Numbered from the whole stretch's first letter, positions 1 to 12,630 are shown. The stretch is DNA of 63,896 nucleotides, filler included, from Octopus bimaculoides (GCF_001194135.2; 7 parts of 6 records of this genome joined end to end with filler, not necessarily neighbours in it); one strand, 5' to 3'. Translations and numbers: made by a program. Notes: generated by a model not told the origin, from the sequence alone.

Positions 1-337
1 GGGAATGACAGCGAAACGGGCTGATTACTACCTAGCTCAGATACCAGGAAACCCCAAAATGGCTGAAGTTCAAAAGATAGTGCTCATGGGAACTGCCGAT
101 ATCCTACGTAAAATACTGTCTATGTGATCTCAAATTTTAAAGCAAACACATAATTTTCTTATGGTTTCTTAAACATTCACTTGAACAAAACTGTACAAAT
201 CCAAATATATGGTACCCTAGGCATAACACCTACATGAACTTCTAACTTGTTGTCTCTTGAGGTCTCTGGGTGAGACTTGGATCCAACTTGTACACATGCA
301 AAACAAAAGTCAAACATAAAATAATAATAATAATAAT
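1..337 (+). mobile_element. R4/Dong-like non-LTR retrotransposon, 3' end (C-terminus, 3' UTR, (TAA)n tail)
   Basis: Frame 2..127 reads GMTAKRADYYLAQIPGNPKMAEVQKIVLMGTADILRKILSM*, matching the QKxVLLGTxxILRxxL terminus of REL-endonuclease LINEs. Ends in (AAT)n at ~319-337. Confidence 0.85.
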
Positions 338-1100
338 GCGCGTTTATTGAACTGAGGAGAAGACGAAAAGTAGACAGCAGTAGAGTACAAATTCTAGATG
401 GTGCACATATAAGAAAAATGAACGAAGAGGCTAAAATGTATCTTGGTGATTTATAATTAGACCAGATGATGGACACCAAGATGAAGGTAAGATTTTCTTC
501 AGAATACACAAGAGTGAAAACAAAAAGCTATGTAGATCAAAGTAGCCCAAAACCTTCACTGGCTACTATACCGGAAGTATGGACACGAGGTAACAGGTGC
601 TTGGAACCAACATACACCAGAAAAGATAATGGACGAAAAGAAGAAGGAAAATGTCCTCGAGGACTTTGGCTTCCAGACAGACAAGGTGTTAGAACACCGA
701 AAGCCGGATATAGTAACCTTTAGGTGGGACAAACAAGTGTGCCTAATAATTAACGTGACAGTGCCAGGAGATTAACATATTATCATGAAAGAAAAAGAAA
801 AGATTGATACATATGGAGATCTGAGAACTGAGATTGCTAAGATGTGGCAGCTACGAGAGTTGAACATAAAGGTTGTCTCTGTGTCATCGGGGCATTGTGT
901 TCAATACCACGCAATCTGAAACTGAAAAAAACATCTGGAAACATTACAAATACCCTACGATCTAGGTGTACTGCAAAAATCGGCATTACTTGGAACTGCA
1001 CACATATTGTGTAAAGTATTGTTTGTCTGAGGTCTTTGTTGTAACTTGACAGACAGTACAAACCCCCGGTAGACACAATATATTCATTCAACAACATCAT
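338..1100 (+). mobile_element. R4/Dong-like retrotransposon, internally deleted and frameshifted copy
   Basis: RT-thumb remnant (..MDTKMKVRFSSEY..) joins at ~535 to QNLHWLLYRKYG..HTPEK..QTDKVLEHRKPDIV..CLIINVTVPGD..KEKEKIDTYGDLRTEIAKMW..GTAHILCKVLFV* (stop 1028-1030). This is the PD-(D/E)xK REL domain. Confidence 0.85.
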
Positions 1101-1324
1101 GATATTGGATACTGTGTGACGTCTTAAAGAAGACTACAAATGATGGTGATGACGACGACGATGATGATGATGATATTGATGATGGTCATTACGACGATGA
1201 TGATATATTTTATTCAAAAGTAGTATGAGAAACTGGCAGACAGTTTTGACAGCAGGCGGACATATCAACATATGGAGGAGAATCTTTCAAGGAGACTCCA
1301 TGTCCCTCTCGCAGTTAATTGTTA

Positions 1325-1545
1325 GTATGTTACCACTCCCAACTGCTGGTTTTGCAGAAGATTAAAGTGGTTTAGAAACTGCAGAAGAACATGAAGCCTA
1401 TTAACCACCTGCTGTTTATGGACGATTTGAAGCTTTATGGAGCTAGCAAAGGTCAACTGGACTCCCTCATTCAGGCCGTGCAAATTGTCTGACATAATAT
1501 CCAGATGGCATATAGTCAAGATAAAGGCGTTGTTATTGAGCATAA
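1325..1545 (+). mobile_element. R4/Dong-like RT core fragment
   Basis: INHLLFMDDLKLYGASKGQLDSLIQAVQIV, with FMDD at 1415-1426. In-frame stop follows. Confidence 0.85.
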
Positions 1546-1890
1546 ATATCTGTAGGGTGAATAGTATATATGCTAGATGAGAGTGACTGTGATGATGAAT
1601 GGAAGCAGAGTAAGATACTGCATTTTCAGGGACAGTTAACTGCAAAAATCACGGAGTATGAAGTGACAAGCTGTAATTCTAAAAAACTAGCCTATAAAAT
1701 AATGCAATTTACATCAACAGAAGTAGTGTTGTTTGCAAAGTGAGAGTAAATTTAATAATATTAAGAATATATTCAATATTTTCCATGCGGTTGCAAACAA
1801 GATCTGTTTTTCATTGTGCCACGCCAAAGTCTATATATATTCGAATTTATGGGGAATTTTCAATTCAATATTTCGTCTCCTATGTTAAAT

Positions 1891-2248
1891 TTAAAGTAGT
1901 TCAGCGGTGTTTGTCCTCCATTGATATGCAAAATTCTCCAAAATATAACGTGATATGAGCCAGTGTCCAGTACGATAGCAATGATCAAAGAAACCTATTC
2001 TGAGTTGAGCAACAATAGCAATGCTAGGCAGAATACATCCATAAAGCTCACATTTTGTGTTTGTGATTATACCATTACGTGTTTTGAGTTCCATGAGAAA
2101 CTTGGTATACGAACCATCAAAAATATCTAAAATTATCTTCATCTCAGTCACAGTTTCAGCTCCATAGGGAAGCTGCTTGTAAGGCAACTCAACATATAAA
2201 CGATTTATGTTGTAGGCAACGTAAATGCTTTCAGAATGTATTTCCTTT
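1891..2248 (-). CDS. Candidate terminal exon or decayed coding fragment, unidentified protein
   Basis: Non-repetitive 122-aa ORF (KEIHSESIY...AELL*). Pyrimidine-rich acceptor ttcttcttgtcttcaAG (AG 2250-2249). No homologue recognised. Confidence 0.25.
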
Positions 2249-2675
2249 CTTGAAGACAAGAAGAAACTAGTTCCAATTTAGAGATTTTTATATAAAGTGG
2301 CTGCATGAGTATACTGTACTTTCCAGGACACATTTTCAGTGACTGAACAAGTTCTTCTGAAATTATAGCTCTTTCTGATTCGGTAAATAGAAAATATACT
2401 ATTGTATATTTATATGGCCGTCAACATAGAGATAATATGTGTATTACTTTCACTCATTTATTGTTTCACTCATTTAAACAAGTGTAGGTACGTATATATT
2501 TACGCATGTACGTTTGTGTAGACATGTGCATATTTATATAAATCATTTCTTTAGATACAGATATATAGTTTCCATTAGTTTTGCGTTATAACACATCTGT
2601 GAAATTTCGAATCTATCACGTGAGTACGATGATATTTAAGAATAGTCTAAAAACTCTTCCTACATAAGCAACCCC

Positions 2676-2678
<3 letters not shown>

Positions 2679-2728
<50 letters not shown>
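2679..2728. repeat. (TA)n microsatellite
   Basis: Direct reading. Confidence 0.95.
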
Positions 2729-2729
<1 letters not shown>

Positions 2730-5466
2730 TCGTGCGCGTATACACATGCGCTCAAGAATATACATATGTATACGTATATTTTTCTTACTTTTAACCGGCA
2801 GGCCCGAAGAAACATACTGACGTGACTCAAAAGCTAACAGCCTTTATGTATGGCATTTGTCTATTGGATAAATGCCATGCACTAAACTCCCTTTAAACTA
2901 TTTAACGTATTTCGAATAATTGATATAATTCGATTGATTGTTCACTCGAGCAACTGTTACAACGTTAAATTGTTTTTCATTCAGCTCTTTTCGATTAATT
3001 GTATTTTGCTTAATTGTTTACCATAAATTTTTAACAAAACATTCAGCCAGTCGTGTCTTAACACACACATACACACACATATACACACATACAAAAACAC
3101 ACTACACGCACGTAGAAACGGACACACACATGCATATACAAACAAGCAATACTCACATATGCAATACAAACAGATGTAGAGAGCAATGGCATTACATGAG
3201 AAAATGTATATATGCCTGCGATGTTTACACGTGAGTCTCTGTATGTACAATTTGTATCGTTATGTGCAGCAGCATGTTTGTACGTGTGTGTATATATGAG
3301 TGTATGTATATGTCGTTGCATGTGGGTATGCCCATGGGTGTGTTTCTGTGTTTGTTATCTCAAGAATTATCCAAATAATGAATACTTTATGATGCAGGAA
3401 AACCAACGAGTTTACCCGCAGTCATTTATGCATTTTTATACAATCTTCTTGTTTTCCTCTCTGTGTCTCATGCTCTCTACATTTTTCTCTCTCTCACTCT
3501 CATGCTCTCTACATTTCTCTCTTTCTCCCTCGCTCTCATGCTCTCTCATGTTAACTTCCGTTCTCCTCTTTATATATTTATGTTTGTATATGGGCGATAC
3601 GTTTGCGTCTCTAAGCATGCAAGAGCAGAAGTAAGTTTATACATATAACATGCGATACATACACATACATACACACATACACACACATACACAATTCTGT
3701 ATATAGGCACACATGTATACACAAGCGCACACACACGCACACACACGCACACACACACACACACTCATATATATACATGCATATCTATTAAAAATACAAA
3801 TATGTATGTATATCTATACTCATGCACATACACAGAGGATCACACGCATACACTGACCTCCACACATACATATACACACACACAGACTCACACATATATA
3901 TACAAATATACACATATGTGTGAGTGCGGTGTATGTTTTTGTATATTATTTCATATATACATGTTTGTCTGTACAGCGATAATTAATAAGATATTTAACT
4001 ACCAAAGACCATCTGCTTAACACTGTCTCTATTTTCGTCTACAAGTTATTTATCTTCCTAATACATAGTTTATAAGTCTTACTGTAAAAAGAAGGACGCT
4101 AGTGACAGATGCTGGAATCAAAGAATATTTTTAAAGTCTGAACCCTGATTCGAATGCTTGTAACAGAGCGGACTGTTTTCATTATTCTCATGGTCTAGGT
4201 AGCGGTACTAAAGCAAGTGAATAAAAGTGAATAACAAATTCTGCCTCATATTTCATTCATTAACCTTGGATTCACTCGAAATTATGGTAGGAGCCATCAT
4301 TATTGTGTGAACTGAAAAGTGAGGATGTGAAATTTCTGGAGAAGGATCCAAATAAAAGGACTGTACTTGGGAATATTATGCCCAAAGTTTTCTAAATTCA
4401 GGGTGTAAAAGTTTGACAGAAGTTCGCCAATTGGCCAATGCTAGTCGTTAGTTGTGTAATTGGAGCAGCATAAAACTGAAAGGGCATACGGTTCAGTAAA
4501 GTACATTTTCGCTACCTTCTCTATTTGGAACATTTCCACTAAGTCATACTATTCATTTCTGTGATGTACGAGATGTCACCCCATTAAATATGTTAGGCAC
4601 TTTTCTGACTGCCTAAGAGAAACGCTTTACAATGGTCCTGTGTTTTTTATCAATTTAATCAGTGGTATGAGGCGACGATTTTCAGACAAGAATAACTAAC
4701 CTAAACGTTACGCAAGGAGAAGAGTTTACAGTATTTGTGCAATGATGAGAAATGATATCTAGCCATGAAATTTTGGAAATTTCTGGCAATGTCTGTTGCG
4801 AATTCTAGCATGTATGCTGGATTAAACTAGACAATCTTCCTCTTCTTGGTTCTAATCATTGAGGGCTTGAATGAGGTCTCATAAATATAAACTAGTTTCT
4901 CTTTGAAGGCAGTCTTATAGCTAACACATCATTATAAGATGCTTACCTTTCGAAGATATCCATGTCCAAGGATAGTTCAGCCAGTAACTTTTTTCCTACT
5001 TATGGGCGCCAGTATCTGGTTGAAAAGTTTACAGATATACATGGTGTCCTAATTTGGTTTCATATAGGAGTAGTGTTTGTATCTCTTTAATCTAACGTCA
5101 AGTCTTGGAAGTAGTCAAGTTGGTGTTAATTGCAAGGCAAATACTACATAAATCTAATCGAAGTGCAGCATATGATGCTAAATCATCCACTAATTTGGAG
5201 TTACAAGAAAAGATGTTACTTGGAAAGTATCAAACCTAAATAATCGTAAGAAAACAGCTGCCTCAGTGCCATCATAACCATTATGGAGCCTTTCAACATA
5301 ATATTATACATTACATGCATGTATATAGTGACACATACTCACACGCACACACATGTATGTATGTGTGTATATGCATATCTATATATATGTATATATATAT
5401 ATATATATACATATAAGAGACCAAAGTGTACGTCCGCCGCTACATGTTTTATATATAAAAAATACA

Positions 5467-5599
5467 AAATGGGACAAGAACGCAAAACATCTAGACAGTT
5501 AGGGGATACAAAAAAGGGGACAACAAAACATACAGATAGACGATACAAAGAAAACAAGGACGGGTCATTCGGAGTTTTCTTTCCTCAGTCGAGTTCCAG
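5467..5599. repeat. Interspersed repeat; inverted homologue at 25267-25399
   Basis: aaatgggacaagaa..gatagacgatacaaagaaaacaagga..ggtcattcggag..tttcctcag.cgagttccag aligns with the reverse complement of 25267-25399. Confidence 0.85.
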
Positions 5600-5696
5600 C
5601 GTTTATATATATGTGTGTATGTATACATATATACATGAATATATATATAAAGACAATATATATACGCATACGCATATAATGGTATAGACGCATTCA

Positions 5697-5748
5697 AATC
5701 TATCTATCTATCCATCCATCCATCCATCCATCTATCTATCTATCTATC

Positions 5749-5807
<59 letters not shown>

Positions 5808-5808
5808 A
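5697..5808. repeat. (ATCT)n/(ATCC)n tetranucleotide microsatellite
   Basis: Direct reading. Confidence 0.95.
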
Positions 5809-6686
5809 TACAAACTTATATCCGTGTGTTTACAGTTGACGCTATATAGGCATTTGTGTATAAATTCATAAATATACAATCATGCATATAAATATATTGT
5901 ATGACTATGTTTGGAATGTAGAAATTACTCTTTTCCTTTGTACACTCACACGCACACACACACACACACACACACGCACACACACATACTCACACACACA
6001 CGAATGTCTACAACCATATATATAAGTGTGTGTATATATATATGAAAATATATATGCGTAGGCATCAGTGTGCCGGCCTGCGCGTGTGTATAGATACCAA
6101 GAGACTCTCTCATCATATAACATTTCGTACATTGTTTTTCAATCCACAATGTTTGGTCAGGAATATCTTCGTAATAATTCAATTCCCGTTTTTATGTCGA
6201 CATTATGTAATATTAGATGACCATTTTATCATCATACTATCTATTACTGGTCTCTTGTTATTCTATTGATTTTGTTTTTGTCATCGCGATCTCTATTGTT
6301 ATTTTGGGCTGTAATCTACGCTGCTGTTGTTCTACCCATCGTCGTCGCTGTCGTCGTGGTTATTTTGGAGTGTTATTCTTGCTATTATTATTATTATTAT
6401 TGTTGTTGTTGCTGCTGCTGTTGTTGTTATGATTATATTTGTCATTTTTGGAGATGAACTTTGTCTGGGTTGAGTTGTTGTTGTTGCTTGTGGTGATTCA
6501 ATCGTTGTTGCTGTTGAAAGCTCTTGTTGTCATTGTGTTCATTGATTTTGTAGTCATAGCAACAGCAACACCAGTAGCAGTAGACATAGTGGTAGTTCTT
6601 GAGGTGGTGGTCATCGTTCTTAGTTATTGCGAATGTTGATGTTATCATCATCTATGTCATATCCTGGTTCGGTCGTCGACTTCGTG

Positions 6687-6724
<38 letters not shown>

Positions 6725-7904
6725 GAAGTATATTTGATCCACAGACGATATATATCTGTACACACACACACAGACACACACACATATTATATATATACAC
6801 ATACATTCATGATATAAAGAATGCCAGGAGGTATGGGATGAATATATTTATTTCATTCTATCCATAGTTTGACGATAATTTCGTAACGAAAATCAAGGAA
6901 AAGTAATTTATTTTAGCCAATAATGAATAACTTTACGTATTTTCACTAGTGTGCATGCTATAAATTGCATAGCACTATTTTACATTTTACCAGCTAATTC
7001 AGGTCTAGAAGGCTAGCTTATCAGATCAGCAAAATATTCATGGTTACATCCATTTTTCAATTCGATTCTACTCATAGTAAAATATCCTCTTCAAAATAAC
7101 AATGTATGGAAGACAATAATTGATAAAAAAAAATGTCTGTAGAAAGGAGGAAAGGATATGTAGTAAGATATTAAAAAAGAAACTCGGCAATTCTTCGCTG
7201 ATTAGATTTGCAGGATTTCAACTGCAGAAGACTATATATTACACTCCTATGTATTGGTTTACTATGTGGTTTTTTAGCCTGGTCCACTAAAGGAAATTTT
7301 CTGTGATTACCACCGGATTATATAAATCCATATATTGTGCATTATATATATATATATNNNNNNNNNNNNNNNNNNNNNNNNNNNNNNNNNNNNNNNNNNN
7401 NNNNNNNNNNNNNNNNNNNNNNNNNNNNNNNNNNNNNNNNNNNNNNNNNNNNNNNNNNNNNNNNNNNNNNNNNNNNNNNNNNNNNNNNNNNNNNNNNNNN
7501 NNNNNNNNNNNNNNNNNNNNNNNNNNNNNNNNNNNNNNNNNNNNNNNNNNNNNNNNNNNNNNNNNNNNNNNNNNNNNNNNNNNNNNNNNNNNNNNNNNNN
7601 NNNNNNNNNNNNNNNNNNNNNNNNNNNNNNNNNNNNNNNNNNNNNNNNNNNNNNNNNNNNNNNNNNNNNNNATAATAAAATGGTATTAGTTTGCTTGAAG
7701 CATTGTATATGTTATGTGACGTTGAAAGAGACAGAAGGCTAAACAAGGCAAAATGGACTGTAAGATGAGGTAACGAAAATTAAAAGTTACTTGATAATCT
7801 TTGTTTTGTTTTTTGTTTTTTTTATTGTTGTTACTGTTGTTTTTTTTATGTGTCCAATATTTCGGGACCTAAAAGTTCCTTTATCAGGATGTAAGGAACT
7901 TTTG

Positions 7905-8449
7905 TTGGATAACATTTAGGCCCGTTTAGTTGATGTGGGAACCAATAGTCGAGCCTACAGACATAGCCAGATGATTTTCAACACTCAATGCAAATAGTTT
8001 TGAACACTCGATTTGGATATTTGTGAAATATCAGCGATAATCCTGGTTGTATAATGGGTTTAGGTGTTGCTGTTAATCTCGGTTGGCCCTCTTGTGCGAA
8101 AAATTAATTCCCTGATCGAAATCTTGAGAACCACATCTGGCATTCACGTTCCGTAGCAGCACCCTTTCCGTACACTGTGCATATCTCCCTGCAGATTTCT
8201 GTCGCTGCTTACCTTAATCCCTAATCCGCAAAAAACATGAGGTGTCGATAATGTGCGTTTTGGTTCCCCATTTTCAAGATGATTTCAAATGCATAAAGTC
8301 TAAATTGTATTGTCGTAAGTTCACATCGAATTGCGTTGAATTGTTAAACATTTAACGAGTGCTCATACACAATGGACAAACTGAAATTAGTTAATTATTA
8401 GAGTGCTTGAAGTTTATTGTCGACAAAACCGACTTTTTGACCAACCCAA
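7905..8449 (-). mobile_element. Decayed mariner (Tc1/mariner) transposon, 5' half
   Basis: TA + TIR-like TTGGGTTGGTCAAAAAGT..CGGTTTT starting at 8449. ATG at 8271: MGNQNAHYRHLMFF..ATEICREICTVYGKGAATERECQMWFSRFRSGN..TTRIIADISQISKSSVQNYLH..GYVCRLDYWFPHQL (WVPHEL motif at 7944-7927). Has stops and frameshifts; no second TIR seen. Confidence 0.9.
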
Positions 8450-9010
8450 TATATGAGCTAAATACCATAATTGTTATTCACAAGCACGCATGACTTGATA
8501 CCAAGCGTCGGGTCTTCGCTGTTTGTTTCTGGAGCTTTGTAGTCGCGAGTAGAGATTAAGACTCCCGGAAAATCGTGCGATTCACCCAATGATACAGCGA
8601 AGATATGAAAGTTAGTATGCGACAAGCCTGCAAACTACGCTACTGTTGGTCCATTAATCTTTTCCATTATNNNNNNNNNNNNNNNNNNNNNNNNNNNNNN
8701 NNNNNNNNNNNNNNNNNNNNNNNNNNNNNNNNNNNNNNNNNNNNNNNNNNNNNNNNNNNNNNNNNNNNNNNNNNNNNNNNNNNNNNNNNNNNNNNNNNNN
8801 NNNNNNNNNNNNNNNNNNNNNNNNNNNNNNNNNNNNNNNNNNNNNNNNNNNNNNNNNNNNNNNNNNNNNNNNNNNNNNNNNNNNNNNNNNNNNNNNNNNN
8901 NNNNNNNNNNNNNNNNNNNNNNNNNNNNNNNNNNNNNNNNNNNNNNNNNNNNNNNNNNNNNNNNNNNNNNNNNNNNNNNNNNNNNNNNNNNNNNNNNNNN
9001 NNNNNNNNNN

Positions 9011-9166
9011 CAGGGTTCTTTTCGCCGAAGCGCTAACTTACGGGATGTGAATACATGTACAGCATACATCAAGCGATGGCGTGGGTCAAATGACAAACAC
9101 AGACGAAAACCACACACAAACACACATACGCACGCTCGCAAGCACACACACATACGCGCGCTCGCA

Positions 9167-9208
<42 letters not shown>

Positions 9209-9267
9209 TATGTACGAACACACACAGAGAAAGACAGACACACACACACACTCATTCAAACACGCAC

Positions 9268-9308
<41 letters not shown>

Positions 9309-9481
9309 TACATATACGATGGGCTTCTTTGTAGTTTCCGTACATCAAATCCACTTACAAGGCTTTGGTCGCTCCGAGTCTATAGTAGAAGACACTCGTC
9401 GAAGATGGCACCACGTAGTTGGAATGAGTCTGTAAACCCCACAGCTGGAAATCAAGCTGCTTACCACACAACTACACCTGT
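9011..9481 (-). mobile_element. tRNA-derived SINE, family B, with internal (TG)n tract
   Basis: Head (rc) ..gtgtggtaagcagcttg..; core tgtcttctactatagactcggagcgaccaaagccttgtaagtggatttg..ggaaact; TG microsatellite ~9110-9310; then 3' segment. Confidence 0.8.
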
Positions 9482-9830
9482 GTATTTCCAGACAATTTCC
9501 GTTCGGCAAATCTCATTCTAAACGCATGTTTTATTTTTACTCGAGACATTGAGAATTGATAATAGGATCGAACACCAAGCTATGCAGTCAAGAAACAAAG
9601 TTGTTTACCAAATAGCTCTGCCACGGCCAAATATATTTGTGTGTACCTGTTTTCCTATATTCATGGCTGATGAACAAACATAGGATTGAGGTTGGGCCAT
9701 ATCGTAATGGTGAACTGATGTAGAAAACACAGCGGAAATAGAAATAGTGTTTGCAATTCTTCATCCACGAAACAAGATTTATTTCAAGAGTTAGTGTAAG
9801 TTATACCTTCACAGGGTACCTGTATATATG

Positions 9831-9864
<34 letters not shown>

Positions 9865-11018
9865 TGTATGTATGTATGTATGTATGTGTGTATGTATATA
9901 TGTATTATGTATGTATATATATGTGTGTGTATGTACGTATGTATGTGTGGATATGTATGCATGCATGTATGCCTGAATATATGTATGTTTATGTACGCAT
10001 GTATGTACGTATTTATGTATATATATATATATATANNNNNNNNNNNNNNNNNNNNNNNNNNNNNNNNNNNNNNNNNNNNNNNNNNNNNNNNNNNNNNNNN
10101 NNNNNNNNNNNNNNNNNNNNNNNNNNNNNNNNNNNNNNNNNNNNNNNNNNNNNNNNNNNNNNNNNNNNNNNNNNNNNNNNNNNNNNNNNNNNNNNNNNNN
10201 NNNNNNNNNNNNNNNNNNNNNNNNNNNNNNNNNNNNNNNNNNNNNNNNNNNNNNNNNNNNNNNNNNNNNNNNNNNNNNNNNNNNNNNNNNNNNNNNNNNN
10301 NNNNNNNNNNNNNNNNNNNNNNNNNNNNNNNNNNNNNNNNNNNNNNNNNNNNNNNNNNNNNNNNNNNNNNNNNNNNNNNNNNNNNNNNNNNNNNNNNNNN
10401 NNNNNNNNNNNNNNNNNNNNNNNNNNNNNNTATATATATGTATATTTTACATGTGTGTCTGCGTGTGCATCTTTGCGCGTGTTTATACATGTATATGTGT
10501 AAATATGCGTATATATTCACACACAAATGTGCAAAAGATGTGTACATGAATTGGAACATACGTGTTTATACTTTGCGCATTTTTGAAAATTCAAACGTTC
10601 AACTTTTTTCTTTCACGATAATGAAGGCGACGACGACGACTACGACGTCAGCGCTGACGACATGGCTATAGCCTCTACCGGTGCTGCTGCCGCTTCAACT
10701 ACCTCTGCTCCCACTGTTGTTGTACTTGTTGTTATTACTGCTGCTGCTGCTCTTGTTGATGCTGCTGTGCACTCAGCTGAAGTGAAAACCTTGAGTTAAG
10801 TCAATGTTATATCATGCAAACGTATAACCAACACAGAAAATGCAGGGCTACACGGAGGCGGGTTTATTCAATTTGCCTATTTACATAGACTGCTTTCTTC
10901 AATCTTAGATATTCAGGATTACGTTTAAATCATATTTTTGTCTTGTTCACATTTAACTTCTTCACTGATTCATATATGTGTATATGTGTGCGTGTGTGTG
11001 TGTGTATGTGTGTTGATC

Positions 11019-11060
<42 letters not shown>

Positions 11061-12299
11061 NNNNNNNNNNNNNNNNNNNNNNNNNNNNNNNNNNNNNNNN
11101 NNNNNNNNNNNNNNNNNNNNNNNNNNNNNNNNNNNNNNNNNNNNNNNNNNNNNNNNNNNNNNNNNNNNNNNNNNNNNNNNNNNNNNNNNNNNNNNNNNNN
11201 NNNNNNNNNNNNNNNNNNNNNNNNNNNNNNNNNNNNNNNNNNNNNNNNNNNNNNNNNNNNNNNNNNNNNNNNNNNNNNNNNNNNNNNNNNNNNNNNNNNN
11301 NNNNNNNNNNNNNNNNNNNNNNNNNNNNNNNNNNNNNNNNNNNNNNNNNNNNNNNNNNNNNNNNNNNNNNNNNNNNNNNNNNNNNNNNNNNNNNNNNNNN
11401 NNNNNNNNNNNNNNNNNNNNNNNNNNNNNNNNNNNNNNNNNNNNNNNNNNNNNNNNNNNNNNNNNNNNNNNNNNNNNNNNNNNNNNNNNNNNNNNNNNNN
11501 NNNNNNNNNNNNNNNNNNNNNNNNNNNNNNNNNNNNNNNNNNNNNNNNNNNNNNNNNNNNNNNNNNNNNNNNNNNNNNNNNNNNNNNNNNNNNNNNNNNN
11601 NNNNNNNNNNNNNNNNNNNNNNNNNNNNNNNNNNNNNNNNNNNNNNNNNNNNNNNNNNNNNNNNNNNNNNNNNNNNNNNNNNNNNNNNNNNNNNNNNNNN
11701 NNNNNNNNNNNNNNNNNNNNNNNNNNNNNNNNNNNNNNNNNNNNNNNNNNNTATATATATATATATATATTTATATATACAAATATATATACATATATAA
11801 TATGCAGAGAAAGAGTGTGAGAGAGAGAAAGAGGATAAACAGAGAGGGAGAGGGAGAGGGAGAGGGAGAGAAAAGGACACTGCTGCTGCCGTTGCTGCTG
11901 CTGCTGATTATTATAACGTCAACGATGATGCTGATGATGATGATGACGATGATGTTAACTTAAAAAAAGACAAGAGCCAAAGACAAGATTATTTGGCTTA
12001 TTTGGAGTAAACCAATAAACTGAAGGAAAACATCTTTTTTTATTCCACTAATTCACATTCACCAACCAACTCTTGTTGCTCTACTCCTCCTTCTACTCTC
12101 ACTCTTTTTTGTTTCAGTATTTTCTCACCCCCCCCTTTTACTATCTTCATGTATTTATTTCTCGGCTTCTCTCTCTGTCAAGTCAACTGTCTCCATCTTT
12201 GCCTCTCAGTCTGTTTGCCTACCTCTGTCTTTCTGCCTCTCTGTCAATCTGTCTGTCGATTTATCCATTTGTCTGCCTCTCTTTCAGTCGGTTTTTTTT

Positions 12300-12451
12300 T
12301 CTCGATCCCTTTTGATCGAACTTCCCCCTTTTTCCCTTCCTACGATCCCTTTAGATCGACACACCCCTATTTTTTTTTCCTCCCAAAAAGAAAAGCTCTA
12401 CATTGTATTTGTCCCATCTTTGTTGAGCCCTGTGTGGCTAATAAAAGAAAT
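12300..12451 (+). mobile_element. LINE-like 3' tail
   Basis: Ends tgtcc..gagccctgtgtggctaataaaagaaat and is followed by a microsatellite. Same terminal motif as 14045-14069. Confidence 0.5.
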
Positions 12452-12452
12452 G

Positions 12453-12511
<59 letters not shown>

Positions 12512-12522
12512 TTATCTGTCTG

Positions 12523-12605
<83 letters not shown>

Positions 12606-12630
12606 GTCTGTCTGTCTATCTATCTATCTA
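12452..12630. repeat. (ATCT)n microsatellite
   Basis: Direct reading. Confidence 0.95.

Noticed and set aside
4300-5100. Protein-looking minus-strand frames (..YFTEPYALSVLCC..HWPIGELL..; ..EKSYWLNYPWTW..) and a G|GTAAGC donor near 4947
   Set aside because: Four internal stops in 126 codons and no recognisable motif; not clearly beyond chance. A tblastx would settle it.
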